Virus record (IMG/VR): IMGVR_UViG_3300027845_000349
Coordinates: 23,805-87,804 of that record
Direction: 5' to 3' (one strand)
Length of the DNA stretch: 64,000 nt
Origin: a virus
Taxonomy: Duplodnaviria; Caudoviricetes
Shown here: positions 1-11,033 of the stretch, piece by piece
Layout: each line of letters opens with the position of its first letter
Numbering within the stretch: position 1 is the first letter of the stretch
The notes under the pieces: model-generated
Told to the model about the DNA's origin: nothing
Seen by the model: the letters and a program-made list of their open reading frames with translations, nothing else
The model's database searches: none
Translations under genes and position numbers: made by a program

Positions 1-393
1 ACTTGGACTGGTGAAGGTGAAGGGTTAATTGGGGTTGTTTCTGACGGTACAAATTGGAATGTTGTAAATTATTATGATTCAGGTGAATTCAGTAGTATAA
101 GATGGATTAAAGAAATAAATGGAGATCTATTTTTTTCTGGAAGAGACTCAATATCACCTGCTGCTGTAAGTGAAATTTCTGCAAGTATAACATTACCCAT
201 AACAATGAATGATTATACTGTTTTAATCGGTACAGCTACTCTAGAGGCTCTTGTAAACAGTGTACCTTGGTTTTTGTATATATCAATAGGAACTTCATCA
301 ACAGGAGCAACATTTAGTTTTGCTGATAGAGATGGCACAGCAAGAACAGATACAGTTGATTTCAATTGGAGCATACAACAAAAATGGAGATAA
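1..393 (+). CDS. C-terminal part of a tail/virion protein (5' truncated by the window edge)
   Basis: Frame 1 is open from base 1 (TWTGEGEGLIGVVSDGTNW...) into the 205..393 ORF; lies directly upstream of a tail-fibre-like gene. Confidence 0.55.
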   Translation, partial: TWTGEGEGLIGVVSDGTNWNVVNYYDSGEFSSIRWIKEINGDLFFSGRDSISPAAVSEISASITLPITMNDYTVLIGTATLEALVNSVPWFLYISIGTSSTGATFSFADRDGTARTDTVDFNWSIQQKWR

Positions 394-412
394 CAATTAA
401 TAGGAGATTAAA

Positions 413-2041
413 ATGAGTTTATTTAGATCAAGATTTGAAGGCAATGAAATAATATTAACTGATGATCAGAATAATAATGGAGATCTTCTTGTTACAAACT
501 TTGATGAACTATCAAACATAATAGGAGATACAACAATAATTACCGGTATGGATGTAACACAAACTCTTACTCCATCCATGGGAGTAGCTATTTCTGCAGG
601 AGTAACAAGAGATGGAACTCTATCACAAATGTTATCAGGACCTGATTTTGCAAATGTAACAATAACTGCTTCAGATCCTATTCTTGATCGTTATGATATT
701 ATTGAAATAAGAAGACTTGAAGATCCAATAACTCCAGAGACAAGGCAGTTTAAAAATCCTACAACAGGAGCAATTACATCATCTTTAATTGATACAGAAG
801 TAGAGTATACAATCGAAGTAAATGTTCTAGCTGGAACACCTGGAGGGATAGCTCCGTCTACAACTTCAGGATATGTTAAAATAGCTGAAATTCTTGTTCC
901 TAATGCAGCAATAACAATAGTAAACGCAGATATATTTAATGTTGATGCTATAAAAGAAGGGGTATCAAATACAGGATGGACTGCAGATCAACAGTCAATA
1001 TATCGTAATGGAACAATAAGTGAAATGAAAACACTTATTGTTGAAAACGAAGAATTGATAGATGATATTATACAGGGTACTCAACATTTAGTTTCTGTTA
1101 ATACGGATACAATAAATGAATCAACGACTGGTGCAGGAGTTACAGTTGATAGTGTATTACTTAAAGATGAGAATGTTTCATGTAAATATATTAATTTAAA
1201 AGATCCAAATGAATTTTCTTTAGAGGGTTCTGGTCTATCTATTTCTGGAATAGGTATTCCTGCATTAGCTGCATTAAATTCTACAGATGTAGCTTTTGTA
1301 GATACTTCTAATGATGATCTTAGAACTTATAGATTTGATGGTTCAATTTGGTCTTTATTAGGTTCTGAATTATCTATTTCTGGTATATCTAGTCCTGCAT
1401 TAACTAGATTAAATTCTACAGATATAGCTTTTGTAGATGGTGGTTTTGGTCAATTAAGAACTTATAGATTTGATGGTTCAACTTGGTCTTTAGTAGGTTC
1501 TGGTTTAGCTATTACAATAGTTTCTCCTACAATATCTGCATTAAGTTCTACAGATATAGCTCTTATAGATACTAACAATGATGAATTAAGAACTTATAGA
1601 TTTGATGGTTCAACTTGGTCTTTAGTAGGTTCTGGTTTAGCTATTACAGTGGCCGATCCTGCATTAACTGCATTATCTGCACTAACTGTGGCTCTTATAG
1701 ATAGTAATAATAATTCATTAAGAACTTATAGATTTGATGGTTCAACTTGGGCTTTAATAGGTTCTGGTTTATCTATTACAGTAGCTAGTCCAACAATATC
1801 TACATTAAGTTCTACAGATATAGCTCTTATAGATACTAACAATGATGAATTAAGAACTTATAGATTTGATGGTTCAACTTGGGCTTTAATAGGTTCTGGT
1901 TTATCTATTCCTAGTATAGCCGATCCTACAATATCTGCATTAAGTTCTACAAATATATCTTTTATAGATAGTAATTCTGGACAATTAAGAAACTATAATT
2001 TATCTTTTGTAGATTTTCCACCTTCAGCAGCATTTGGTTAA
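413..2041 (+). CDS. Tail fibre / receptor-binding protein with C-terminal beta-propeller repeats
   Basis: 542 aa; N-terminal region resembles phage tail-fibre attachment regions; C-terminal 44-45 aa repeats (LRTYRFDGSTW.L.GSGL.I). Confidence 0.7.
   Translation: MSLFRSRFEGNEIILTDDQNNNGDLLVTNFDELSNIIGDTTIITGMDVTQTLTPSMGVAISAGVTRDGTLSQMLSGPDFANVTITASDPILDRYDIIEIRRLEDPITPETRQFKNPTTGAITSSLIDTEVEYTIEVNVLAGTPGGIAPSTTSGYVKIAEILVPNAAITIVNADIFNVDAIKEGVSNTGWTADQQSIYRNGTISEMKTLIVENEELIDDIIQGTQHLVSVNTDTINESTTGAGVTVDSVLLKDENVSCKYINLKDPNEFSLEGSGLSISGIGIPALAALNSTDVAFVDTSNDDLRTYRFDGSIWSLLGSELSISGISSPALTRLNSTDIAFVDGGFGQLRTYRFDGSTWSLVGSGLAITIVSPTISALSSTDIALIDTNNDELRTYRFDGSTWSLVGSGLAITVADPALTALSALTVALIDSNNNSLRTYRFDGSTWALIGSGLSITVASPTISTLSSTDIALIDTNNDELRTYRFDGSTWALIGSGLSIPSIADPTISALSSTNISFIDSNSGQLRNYNLSFVDFPPSAAFG
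1230..2010 (+). repeat. Intragenic 132-135 bp repeats (propeller blades)
   Basis: Core agaacttatagatttgatggttca at about 1322, 1457, 1589, 1721 and 1853, plus a degenerate copy at 1988. Confidence 0.95.
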
Positions 2042-2074
2042 TAAAAAAGTTATATATCTGTATTACAAGAGTTG

Positions 2075-2635
2075 TCAATTATTAAAAACCTCATCAAATT
2101 TATACAAATATCCTATTTTGGTATTTGTATAAATAAATGCATCTTGTGGATCTAACAAAACGCCGTCTAAGTGACATATTGCATGAGATGGAACCCCTCC
2201 CTCAATAACTGTTCTTTCATCCTTGTAGGTATCATCAAGTACTGCTATATCCCATTTTTCCCCTAAAACAAAATAAGCAGTATTAGAAAATAGTATTGCA
2301 AAATCATCACAATCACCTTTACCTCTTTTTATTATATCTTCAGGTTCATTCCACTCATCAATAAAGTCATCTTCAAAATCAATAACAGAATTACAATATT
2401 GAACTATCCATGAAGGTTTATAATACCTATATTCATACTTTTCAAAGAAATCTTCTTTTGAAAGTTTCTCATTATTTTTCCTATTATAAATATAGTCATC
2501 ATAAATGTCTTTATTATCATATAAATCCATATCTGTAGCCTGGTTCTTTAAGTACAAATCAATTGCCGGATATACAATAGAATCACAGGATGTTAAAGAT
2601 ATTATTACAAGCCCCAAAAGTATTATTTTTTTCAT
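2075..2635 (-). CDS. Lipoprotein with transglutaminase-like cysteine peptidase domain (moron)
   Basis: Likely start ATG 2635 (MKKIILLGLVIISLTSC lipobox); GDCDDFA Cys motif, HAIC His, LLDPQ Asp; has its own promoter. Confidence 0.7.
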   Translation of the reverse strand: MKKIILLGLVIISLTSCDSIVYPAIDLYLKNQATDMDLYDNKDIYDDYIYNRKNNEKLSKEDFFEKYEYRYYKPSWIVQYCNSVIDFEDDFIDEWNEPEDIIKRGKGDCDDFAILFSNTAYFVLGEKWDIAVLDDTYKDERTVIEGGVPSHAICHLDGVLLDPQDAFIYTNTKIGYLYKFDEVFNN

Positions 2636-2656
2636 ATATTCCCCTTTATGTCTTCT

Positions 2657-2684
2657 ATTATACATCCGTTTAGATAATTGTCAA
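2657..2684 (-). promoter_or_regulatory. Sigma70-type promoter for the lipoprotein moron
   Basis: Minus strand TTGACA-16 nt-TATAAT, followed by an AAAGGGGAA SD. Confidence 0.7.
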
Positions 2685-2689
2685 GTATA

Positions 2690-3418
2690 TTATAATATCT
2701 CTAAAATTTCTTTCTCTTCTATAACAGGATCAAAATTAAGTTCTATTATTTCCGGTTCTGTTACTTGTACAATCTCTTCCGGAATTTCTTCATCCTCTTC
2801 TATCCCGGCCATGTCTTTAACAATCTGAACAGCAAGTGCAAGCCTGGCTCTCATCATATAAAAATCTTCTTTTGATACTTCAAAATCATGGATAGCCAGT
2901 CTTTTATTAACATCCAAGAATCTTGGATCATAAGAGATTATAGTACCTTTATTTATCCCGGTGAATAAACATTCTCCCTTACATTGCCATGGATATTCGT
3001 TAAATAACTCTTCTGGATCAAGAAGGTATCTTAAGTGTTGTTTTGATTCTGGACATTTAACCTCAAGAGTACGTTCCATATTTCCTATTATCCGATCAGG
3101 ACTACTTCCAAGAAAATCACCATCTACAAATATTCCACATTCTCTAGCTACAACCATGAATCTATCTTCATATTCGGAGCAAGCAAAAGGCTCTTGTGTA
3201 TTCCCCCATTCCATAGATCTTGATTGATACGAAGATTCTCTTTCTCCAGTCAGTATCTCAGCAGCAACCTTTCTTAGATATGATAGTTGTGTTTTATTCC
3301 AATTATTAATACTTTGTTTGGCTGTAGGCATAAGATCATCAAAATGGGAACCTGTTATCCGGCCAGTTCTGATTTCAAACCAAACATCTGAACCTTGAAT
3401 TACATCTATCTCCTTCAT
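2690..3418 (-). CDS. YqaJ-like (lambda-exonuclease family) recombination nuclease
   Basis: W...R.G.ITGS, MEWG...E..A, GSSPD.I, LEVKCP and Y.WQ motifs. Confidence 0.9.
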   Translation of the reverse strand: MKEIDVIQGSDVWFEIRTGRITGSHFDDLMPTAKQSINNWNKTQLSYLRKVAAEILTGERESSYQSRSMEWGNTQEPFACSEYEDRFMVVARECGIFVDGDFLGSSPDRIIGNMERTLEVKCPESKQHLRYLLDPEELFNEYPWQCKGECLFTGINKGTIISYDPRFLDVNKRLAIHDFEVSKEDFYMMRARLALAVQIVKDMAGIEEDEEIPEEIVQVTEPEIIELNFDPVIEEKEILEIL

Positions 3419-4050
3419 TTCTTATCCTTCAGACCAATTTTTGCTTTTTCACAATCTTTAATTCTTTCTTCAGCTTGTTCTTTAGTTAATCCCTGGCCTA
3501 TCTTTTTCTTAACCCAGTCTGAAGTTTGAGGACTTGAAACTTCAAAATCTTTGATATATCTGTTTAATATTTTCATCTGTTCAGGAGTTACCATTTCTTT
3601 TTCAACAAAAGACTCAATTCCTGAATAATCAGCACCATCGAATTTCCCCATAAATACATCTGCAGAAAATCCAAGTTTAGACAGACCTTTTGTTAAAGCA
3701 TCTGTTGAAGCTTTCTTTGCATAATCTTTATTTTCTACATATCCATTCTTTGTTTTAGAATTTATTCTTGCATCTGAATTTATAGGGAATTCACCTTCTG
3801 GATAATAAAGAACCGCAGTATATATTATGGAAGCAACTGATTTATCACCGGTCATTATAGGTGTAAACTTTTCATCCTTAATACCCCATTTATTCCCAAG
3901 AGGTCCCCATTCAGTTGTTGCTTTAAGTATCTGATAATGTGCATCTATGGCCGTATATTTATAAGTTCCAATTTCTACACGCTTTGTATATTTAGGATCA
4001 GTTTGTTCTACCTTTTCCCATAATTCAATATTCTTATTTTCTTCGCTCAT
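3415..4050 (-). CDS. Single-strand annealing protein, Rad52/Sak-like
   Basis: KKASTDALTKGLSKLGFSADVF resembles the Rad52/Sak core; translationally coupled to the YqaJ exonuclease gene. Confidence 0.6.
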   Translation of the reverse strand: MSEENKNIELWEKVEQTDPKYTKRVEIGTYKYTAIDAHYQILKATTEWGPLGNKWGIKDEKFTPIMTGDKSVASIIYTAVLYYPEGEFPINSDARINSKTKNGYVENKDYAKKASTDALTKGLSKLGFSADVFMGKFDGADYSGIESFVEKEMVTPEQMKILNRYIKDFEVSSPQTSDWVKKKIGQGLTKEQAEERIKDCEKAKIGLKDKK

Positions 4051-5674
4051 TATTCCCCCTTCTTTAGATAGTTATTATATTTTATAGATCCAATTATTAT
4101 ACAAAATAACCCTATAACAACAAATACCAAATCAATAAAATCATTATCTGGTTTATCTCTTATTAAGAAAGCTCCTAAAAGTAATACCAAATAATAAACA
4201 ATATTTATTAATATATCTTTTAATGTATTTCTCATATATTATTCCTCCTGTTAATTTATATAGCCTACTATAACTATTTGTTACCAAGTCCTGAAAGATC
4301 AATACTACCAACAACTTTAAGAAAGCCATCTCTAATCTGATCAGTTCTATAAAATCTTAATTCCATACCATCTACGCCAAGACAATATATATTGTACTTA
4401 TCTGACCTAAGATACATCATTCTTTTATTTGGGTTTACATCTCCAGCAGATTCATTTTCAATAATATCTCCCATTTTAAAAGCATTCATTCTCTACCACC
4501 TTAATATTTATTAGATACTACTTGTTTAAAATTTAAAAAACTCTTTTCTCATCCCATGTGGGAGGTCTAAAAATTTATCATCTCTTGAAGCTGGAAATTG
4601 TTTAATAAAACTATTCAGTGACATAATATCTTTCTGTGGAAGTTTAACAAATCTTACATATTCCATTTTGCCACCAATACAGAACACAGCCCAACTATCC
4701 CCATGAGGATGTACATCTACTCCCAACTGGAAATGATCAACTAAATTTTCAATATTCATTCTTGTTTGGCTTAAATCGCTAATGGTTTTATTAATGTTTT
4801 CTATATTCTCTTGAGGTAATTTACACGCTTTCACTTTTCTCTCAAGTTTTTGCATTCTTTCTTTCATTAAGAATATCGATGAATAATTTTGTCCATGTAA
4901 ATTATAGTTCTCCTTAACTCCAAGCCATTTTCTAAGTTTGCTTCTTAACCATTCTTTCATTTCTTACCACCTTAATTAAGATATTACCTATTTGTCTAAT
5001 TGTCTTAAAAGGCGACTAAGCCCTCTACCGTCTTTTATTGAACTACCAGAAGCCCATCCAGAATATGGAAAATATAGAACAGACTTGCCATTGAATATAA
5101 AATCTATCCTTGTTTCATCATGGGATACTTCAAAACCCCTCTTTTCTAATTCTTTTACAGCTTTATCCATTCTTAACGGCTGAAGTTTATCTTCTCTTTC
5201 CTGATTTATCCTATTACTCATGATGCTCCACCTGAATAGGCTAATTTTACAATTCCTGATTTTTTAAATACTGCCAGAACTTCAAACAATTCAACAGCAC
5301 AAGAATGATCTTCTCTATCAATAGCAATTATTTCACCTTTCTTGAGATCCGGGTTTAATTTTTTCTGAAGATCTCTTAAAATCTGTTTCGATTTTGGATT
5401 ATTTATATCTTCTTTAATCCATGATGTTTCCCAGTCATAACCAAGTATATTTGCTTTCAATATACCCTCCCTAAGAAATACATATCTGATTAGATTGTCT
5501 TGGATTTATATTAATCCTAGAATTATCATCAGAATATTCTTTTGTTATTTCCATGAATCCTTCTTTATCTTCTCTAATAAAATAGACATAACCGTTATTC
5601 ATTTTAATCTCAAGACTTCGATTTACAATAATCTTTTTCTTGTTTGTTCCAACTTCTTTATTTAGAACTTCCAT
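4050..5674 (-). other. Block of six small leftward hypothetical ORFs (4050-4235, 4274-4489, 4526-4960, 4988-5221, 5218-5460, 5471-5674)
   Basis: Head-to-tail ORFs with SD-like motifs; no recognisable family. Confidence 0.7.
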
Positions 5675-5700
5675 ATATCCCCCTATTCTTGATATTTCTA

Positions 5701-5766
5701 AGAATATATTAAATAAAACAAATAGTCAATAAAAACCTTGATAAGTTTTTACTACTGTGCGATAAT
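5701..5766. promoter_or_regulatory. Divergent promoter pair
   Basis: Plus strand TTGATA(5738)-17-GATAAT(5761); minus strand TTGACT(5729)-17-TATTCT; lies at the transcriptional divergence point. Confidence 0.6.
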
Positions 5767-5773
5767 ACTTTTC

Positions 5774-6487
5774 ATGGATAGTATTGTTAAGATTAAAAAA
5801 AACAGATGTTTTATCGATTCTGAAGGAATTGCTTATTTGTCAGAGAATGAACACAGGGCTGTAACTAAGCTAATCAGGACTTACAAGTCTGATTTGGAAG
5901 AGTTCGGGGTTTTAACACTTGTAGTGTCTAAACCTACAAGTAAAGGAGGTAGACCTAAACATACATGGGAGATGAACGAAGAACAAGCAACTCTTCTTAC
6001 TACATTTATGGGCAACAGTAAGAAAGTAAGGGAATTTAAAGTTAAACTTGTAGAAGAGTTTTACAAAATGAAGAGTTCTCTTATAGAGATGTCAACTAAT
6101 AAGAGAAACCAGGAATGGTTAACAAACAGAGAAGATGGAAAGCTTCAGAGAAAATCCACTACGGATGTAATTCATAAATTTGTTGATTATGCAGTATCTC
6201 AGGGTAGTGGATCCGCAAAAATGTATTACATGAACATCTCAAAGCTTGAGAATAAGTCATTGTTTTTTGTTCAGGAAAAATTCCCCAATCTTCGGGAAGT
6301 AATGAATAATAGACAATTATCCTTCATTAAATCTGCTGACATTATTGTGGAAGAGGCAATTATTGAAGGGCTAGAAAAAGAAATGTTTTACAAAGACATT
6401 TATCAACTTTGTAGAAAAAGGGTAGAGGCTTTTTCAGATCTTATACCCAAAACAAATATACCAATGATGATAAAGGATAACAAATGA
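5774..6487 (+). CDS. Rha-family phage regulatory protein
   Basis: H..V.KLIR.Y..DLEEFG, GGRPK...MNEEQATLL.TFM.N...V.EFK..LV.EF; likely start ATG 5774. Confidence 0.8.
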   Translation: MDSIVKIKKNRCFIDSEGIAYLSENEHRAVTKLIRTYKSDLEEFGVLTLVVSKPTSKGGRPKHTWEMNEEQATLLTTFMGNSKKVREFKVKLVEEFYKMKSSLIEMSTNKRNQEWLTNREDGKLQRKSTTDVIHKFVDYAVSQGSGSAKMYYMNISKLENKSLFFVQEKFPNLREVMNNRQLSFIKSADIIVEEAIIEGLEKEMFYKDIYQLCRKRVEAFSDLIPKTNIPMMIKDNK

Positions 6488-7089
6488 AAACTAAACTAAT
6501 TTTAATAATGGCAGCTTTAATCTTAACGGGGTCTTTATTCGCAGATGAAATTACAATCTTTGAAGGTTCATGTTATAGATGGAATAAAACTCTTAAAAGT
6601 TTAAATGGCCATGAATACTGGATAAGGTATGAAACAGAAACTAATAAATTCTATCTTAAAACATATGATTTTATAAATACAATTTGGGTAGAACTTGATC
6701 ATTCAGACATTGAAAAAATGAGAGAGACATTTACTAAATACTTAGAGTGGGAGAGTAAAGCAGTAAGTGAACAGGTTAAAATAGAGAAAGAAATACCAGA
6801 ATCAAACATAAGAACTATATCTATGTGGAAATCTTCAAAATATCATCAATCTAATAGTGCTGAGTTAGCATTTTTATTCTTTTCTCAGACTAAAAATTGG
6901 CATCAATTAGTAATATTTTCAAATAAGATGATATCAAAAGACAATGAATATATAGATTGTGAAATAGAAGGATTGTATATAGACAAAGAAGATGTTGAGC
7001 TTTTATTAAATGGTATTTCCGAAGAAAATATTAAAATTAAGATGGATGAATATAACGAGCTTCAGAAAAAAGAAGATATGTTTAACTAG
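6484..7089 (+). CDS. Secreted/periplasmic hypothetical protein
   Basis: N-terminal signal peptide MKTKLILIMAALILTGSLFA. Confidence 0.6.
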   Translation: MKTKLILIMAALILTGSLFADEITIFEGSCYRWNKTLKSLNGHEYWIRYETETNKFYLKTYDFINTIWVELDHSDIEKMRETFTKYLEWESKAVSEQVKIEKEIPESNIRTISMWKSSKYHQSNSAELAFLFFSQTKNWHQLVIFSNKMISKDNEYIDCEIEGLYIDKEDVELLLNGISEENIKIKMDEYNELQKKEDMFN

Positions 7090-7314
7090 GTAAATATAAA
7101 TGATAGAAATACCTAATCTAAAAGAATATAACAGATTTATAAATGGTAATGATTGTTTGAGAATATCATCTATTAAAAGCTTTATTGATAATCTTCCAGA
7201 GCTACCAGAATATAGCAACGAGTGCTTAATTGTAGTTCGTGGAACAGATGGAATTGATTACAAATCAACAATAAAAGATTTGGTTTTATATTTAAATGGG
7301 ATAGAGGGGGAATA

Positions 7315-8631
7315 ATGGAAGAAATAATGAATCAAGAAGAAAAACAGGTCATTGTTAGACCTAAAGTAAATCAAGCTCTAATTGGTATAGCAGAAGATAA
7401 AGCAACTCAATTGAGAAGAGTATTTATCCCTATGTTAGATACTCTTGATGGTTTTGAAGAGGATTATAATAAAATCCTTGAAATGGAAATAAATGAGGAT
7501 ACTTGTAAAGTTGCAAAACGGTTGAGATTAGACATTGCTAAAATACGAACAGGTGCCAAAAAAGCTAAAACAGAACAGAAAGCGGAATTTATCAGAGCTG
7601 GAAAAGCTGTTGATGGTCTATTTCATATCGTTGAATATGCCGTTGTTAGTAAAGAAGATAAATTAAAAGAGATTGAAACTTATCATGAGCGTATTGAAAC
7701 TGAGCGAAAAGAGAAACTTGCTACTGAAAGAATTGAAGAGCTTAAAAAGTATGAATGTGATGGTGAAAATTTAGGTCTTGGAGAAATGAACGAGACTGTC
7801 TGGAAAAACTTTCTCTCAGGAACTAAAACAAACTATGAGACTGTTAAAGCAGCCGAGGAAAAAGCTGAAGCAGATCGGATTGAAAGAGATCGTAAAGAGA
7901 AGCTAAATACAGCCCGTAGACTGCAATGTTCAAGATTAGTAGACTTTATACCTGATTTCGCCACAAGAGACTTGTCTGATCTCTCAGATGCAGAATACAA
8001 GGCATTAACCGATGAGGCCATTAAGTTAAGAACGTCTAAAGAAAAAGAACAGGAAAAGATTAGGCTTGAAAATGTAAAACTTAAAGAAGAGGCTGACAAA
8101 AAGGAAAAACTTAGATTAAAAGAGAAGGTTGAAAGAGAATCTAAAGAAAAAAAAGAACAGGATGCTAGAGAAGCTGAACAGGAACTTATCATAAAAGAGA
8201 ATCAGAAAAAACTTGACGAAGAGAAAAGAATTTCTGATGAAAAGTTAGAAAAAGAGCGTAAAGAAAAAGCTAAACTTCAGAAAAAGATTGATGATGAAAA
8301 AGCTGTTCAGAAAAAACTTAAACTTGAAGAAGAAAAGCGTATTAGGGATGCTAAACTCGCACCTGATAAAGAAAAGCTTAGGAAAATTCTGATTCAGTTT
8401 GATGGATTAAGAGGCCAATTAGCTTCTAATATAGCGGAAAAAGCTATGGACTCTTCATATAAAATTATAGAAAATGCTATAAAAGAACTGGAAGGAAAAC
8501 CTGCATGGATATCTATAAAATGTCCAAGATGTGGTCGTGTAGGAAATTATCTCCCTTCTATATCGGGAACTGAAACCTGTAGTGGTCCAAGGTGCCGTTA
8601 TGAAATAGAAGTTGGTAAAAAAAATGGATAG
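7315..8631 (+). CDS. Long coiled-coil phage protein with C-terminal Cys cluster
   Basis: E/K/R-rich heptads; CPRC...C...C at the C-terminus. Confidence 0.6.
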   Translation: MEEIMNQEEKQVIVRPKVNQALIGIAEDKATQLRRVFIPMLDTLDGFEEDYNKILEMEINEDTCKVAKRLRLDIAKIRTGAKKAKTEQKAEFIRAGKAVDGLFHIVEYAVVSKEDKLKEIETYHERIETERKEKLATERIEELKKYECDGENLGLGEMNETVWKNFLSGTKTNYETVKAAEEKAEADRIERDRKEKLNTARRLQCSRLVDFIPDFATRDLSDLSDAEYKALTDEAIKLRTSKEKEQEKIRLENVKLKEEADKKEKLRLKEKVERESKEKKEQDAREAEQELIIKENQKKLDEEKRISDEKLEKERKEKAKLQKKIDDEKAVQKKLKLEEEKRIRDAKLAPDKEKLRKILIQFDGLRGQLASNIAEKAMDSSYKIIENAIKELEGKPAWISIKCPRCGRVGNYLPSISGTETCSGPRCRYEIEVGKKNG

Positions 8632-9043
8632 AAGAATATGTGAAGTTGAAGGCTGTAATAATATACATTTAGCTCAAGGTCTTTGCAGGAAACATTATGA
8701 TTATGTAAACAGACCAGAAGCTATTAAAAAAGTAAGAACTATTAGGGAATCATATTTAGAAAAGTCAAAAGAGCTTTTCATAATAAATGGATATACAAAA
8801 ACTTCATTGCGTATGATTGCTAAATCTGTTGGATACAGTGTGGGTAACATTTATGCATACTGGAAGACTAAAGAAGAGCTTTTTAATGAAATAACATCTT
8901 GCGTAAAAGGTATGGATTTAAGGTGTGCATGTGATTATCCTACAGAATATGCTATGGTAGTTGAAAAGATGTTGTCTGAAAAAGGAATTCTGATTAAGAA
9001 ATTATCAGAGTTAAGCCCTGAACTATTAGTAGCAATGCTTTAA
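8624..9043 (+). CDS. Zn-finger plus TetR-type HTH protein
   Basis: CEVEGC..IHLAQGLCRKHY followed by F...GY..TSLRMIAKSVGYSVGNIY.YW.TKEELF (TetR N-terminus). Confidence 0.7.
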   Translation: MDRRICEVEGCNNIHLAQGLCRKHYDYVNRPEAIKKVRTIRESYLEKSKELFIINGYTKTSLRMIAKSVGYSVGNIYAYWKTKEELFNEITSCVKGMDLRCACDYPTEYAMVVEKMLSEKGILIKKLSELSPELLVAML

Positions 9044-9080
9044 AAATGGGGAGCTTAGGCTCCCATCATAAGAGGAACAC

Positions 9081-9845
9081 ATGAAAGAAAAAACATCTAA
9101 TGCTCCTATTTTTTACATAGGATTGTCTTTGCTGGTTATTTTATTTTTTACCTTATTTATGATCCAGGGGGAACATTTAGAATCTGTTGAATTAATTGTT
9201 TCAGAAAGAAATATAACAATCTCAGAAAATGTAATTTTAATTGAATCTTTAAATAAAACAATAGAAGATAAAAATCAGATAATTAAGAACAAAGATATTG
9301 AAATACAAACTATTATTGATAATGCTGAAATTATGGTTGCTTTAAGTCCATTAAAAGATCTTATTTCAGATGATGAAATAGATGAATTGATTAGCCTTAT
9401 ACCCCGGGGTAATCCTTATAGAAATGCTTTTCAAGTAACTGCAGGATTTGGTGAATCTGTAGGATACCATGGAGAACCTAGAACTAACCATAAAGGATTT
9501 GACTCCATACCCGTTAACCCTGGAACTGCTGATTGGTCAATAACACCTATAGGTAAAGGAATTATAAAGAATTATGGGTATGATGCTGTTTTTGGGAAAT
9601 ATATAACTATTAGACATAGTGAAAGAGTTGAAACTTTTTATGGACATCTTGATAAGATTTTTTATTCTGGGACTACCGGAAAAGAAGTTGGTCCTGATAC
9701 TAAAATAGGAATAATGGGTGGAACAGGCCTTGTTTCATCTGACAGAAAAGATGGTGGAGGAAAACACTTACATGCTGAATTAAGAGTTTGGGTATCAGAT
9801 AGATGGGTTCATATTAATCTTTTACCTTTTATAGAAAGATATTGA
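9081..9845 (+). CDS. Membrane-anchored M23 family peptidase
   Basis: N-terminal TM segment, coiled coil, HKGFD (HxxxD), YGHL and HLH motifs. Confidence 0.85.
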   Translation: MKEKTSNAPIFYIGLSLLVILFFTLFMIQGEHLESVELIVSERNITISENVILIESLNKTIEDKNQIIKNKDIEIQTIIDNAEIMVALSPLKDLISDDEIDELISLIPRGNPYRNAFQVTAGFGESVGYHGEPRTNHKGFDSIPVNPGTADWSITPIGKGIIKNYGYDAVFGKYITIRHSERVETFYGHLDKIFYSGTTGKEVGPDTKIGIMGGTGLVSSDRKDGGGKHLHAELRVWVSDRWVHINLLPFIERY

Positions 9846-9974
9846 ATGGAGGAATATTATGAGAAAAGTTAAATTTCTGCAAGATTATGAGAAATGGAAA
9901 AAAGGTGACATAATCAAGATGGATCGTGATAAAGCAAATAAGCTCATGATTGCCGGAATAGTAACGTATTATAT

Positions 9975-10493
9975 ATGAGTAGTATTAAAGGCTTATGTAT
10001 TGGTTCTTCAGAAGGTGTGTATGAGTTCTCTTTTGAAGGTGAAGAACCGGAAGAAGGGAAAAGTTATCTTCTTGAAGATTCTATTAATGGCAGCCTTGCC
10101 CAGAACGGTTTGTTTCATTCACTGGTTTTAGAATATTGGAAATCAGGTAAAAGCTCAAGAAAAGATCTTGAATATGATGATTTTAGAGATAGAATAAAAA
10201 GATGGCTTGGCAAAGGGTTTGATGGTTTCTGGTATTTTGAAGTAGTAGAAAGAAATGGTAAATATTTTCCTAAGAAGACCTTTGTCAAAAAGAAGGAAGA
10301 AATACCAGAAGAAATTAGAAATGATCCTGATCATTCAGAATTCATTTATGGAAGATTGAAGTCCTGGTCTTCATATACTCTAACCCAGAGAAGAAAGACA
10401 ATAGATAATCTTATAATAGAAATGCTAAAAGTTGGAGTAAATTCCAAGAAATTTAATGATATTTTAAAAGGAATAAATTACGAAATAGTTTAA
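9975..10493 (+). CDS. NinB/Orf-like recombination protein
   Basis: SLAQNGLFH motif; lies near NinG. Confidence 0.45.
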   Translation: MSSIKGLCIGSSEGVYEFSFEGEEPEEGKSYLLEDSINGSLAQNGLFHSLVLEYWKSGKSSRKDLEYDDFRDRIKRWLGKGFDGFWYFEVVERNGKYFPKKTFVKKKEEIPEEIRNDPDHSEFIYGRLKSWSSYTLTQRRKTIDNLIIEMLKVGVNSKKFNDILKGINYEIV

Positions 10494-11033
10494 GGGGGAA
10501 TAATTGAACAAAGTAGAAGTATTTAAAATGACTGAGTATGCAGATGATAGAATGCGTGAAATATCATTCTGTGATCCTATTAATCCATTTGGATCTCCAG
10601 ACAGAGGGTTGTCCAGAGATATGGATATCTCTACATACAAAGTAAGGACTATTCATAAAAGTATGGGTATTTCTAATCTGGCTCCAAAAGAATATCAGGA
10701 TGCAGAAATGAAAAGACTTACCATGAAAGGTTTCTCTTTTTATAGTTCTGATCCTTTTATGATTACTATGGTTAAGGAAAAGAAATTTATTATTGCTGAT
10801 GAAATGATAGATTCTGCTTTTAATGATATCGAAAAAAATAATAATTCAGAGGATAAAACCAGATCAGATTTAAATCAGTTGCTTATTACTATGACTTGTG
10901 AATCAAATAAATTAAAACATGAATTGAAATCCACAAATGTTATTTTAGATGAATATAAAAATCAATTAAAATGGAGAAAATCTTTTACTCTGTTTCAAAG
11001 AATATTCCAATGGAAAAGCTTGAGGAGAAATAA

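Noticed and set aside
413-2041. Diversity-generating retroelement target/template
   Set aside because: The repeats are in-frame tandem protein blades, differences are not adenine-specific, and there is no reverse transcriptase in the window.
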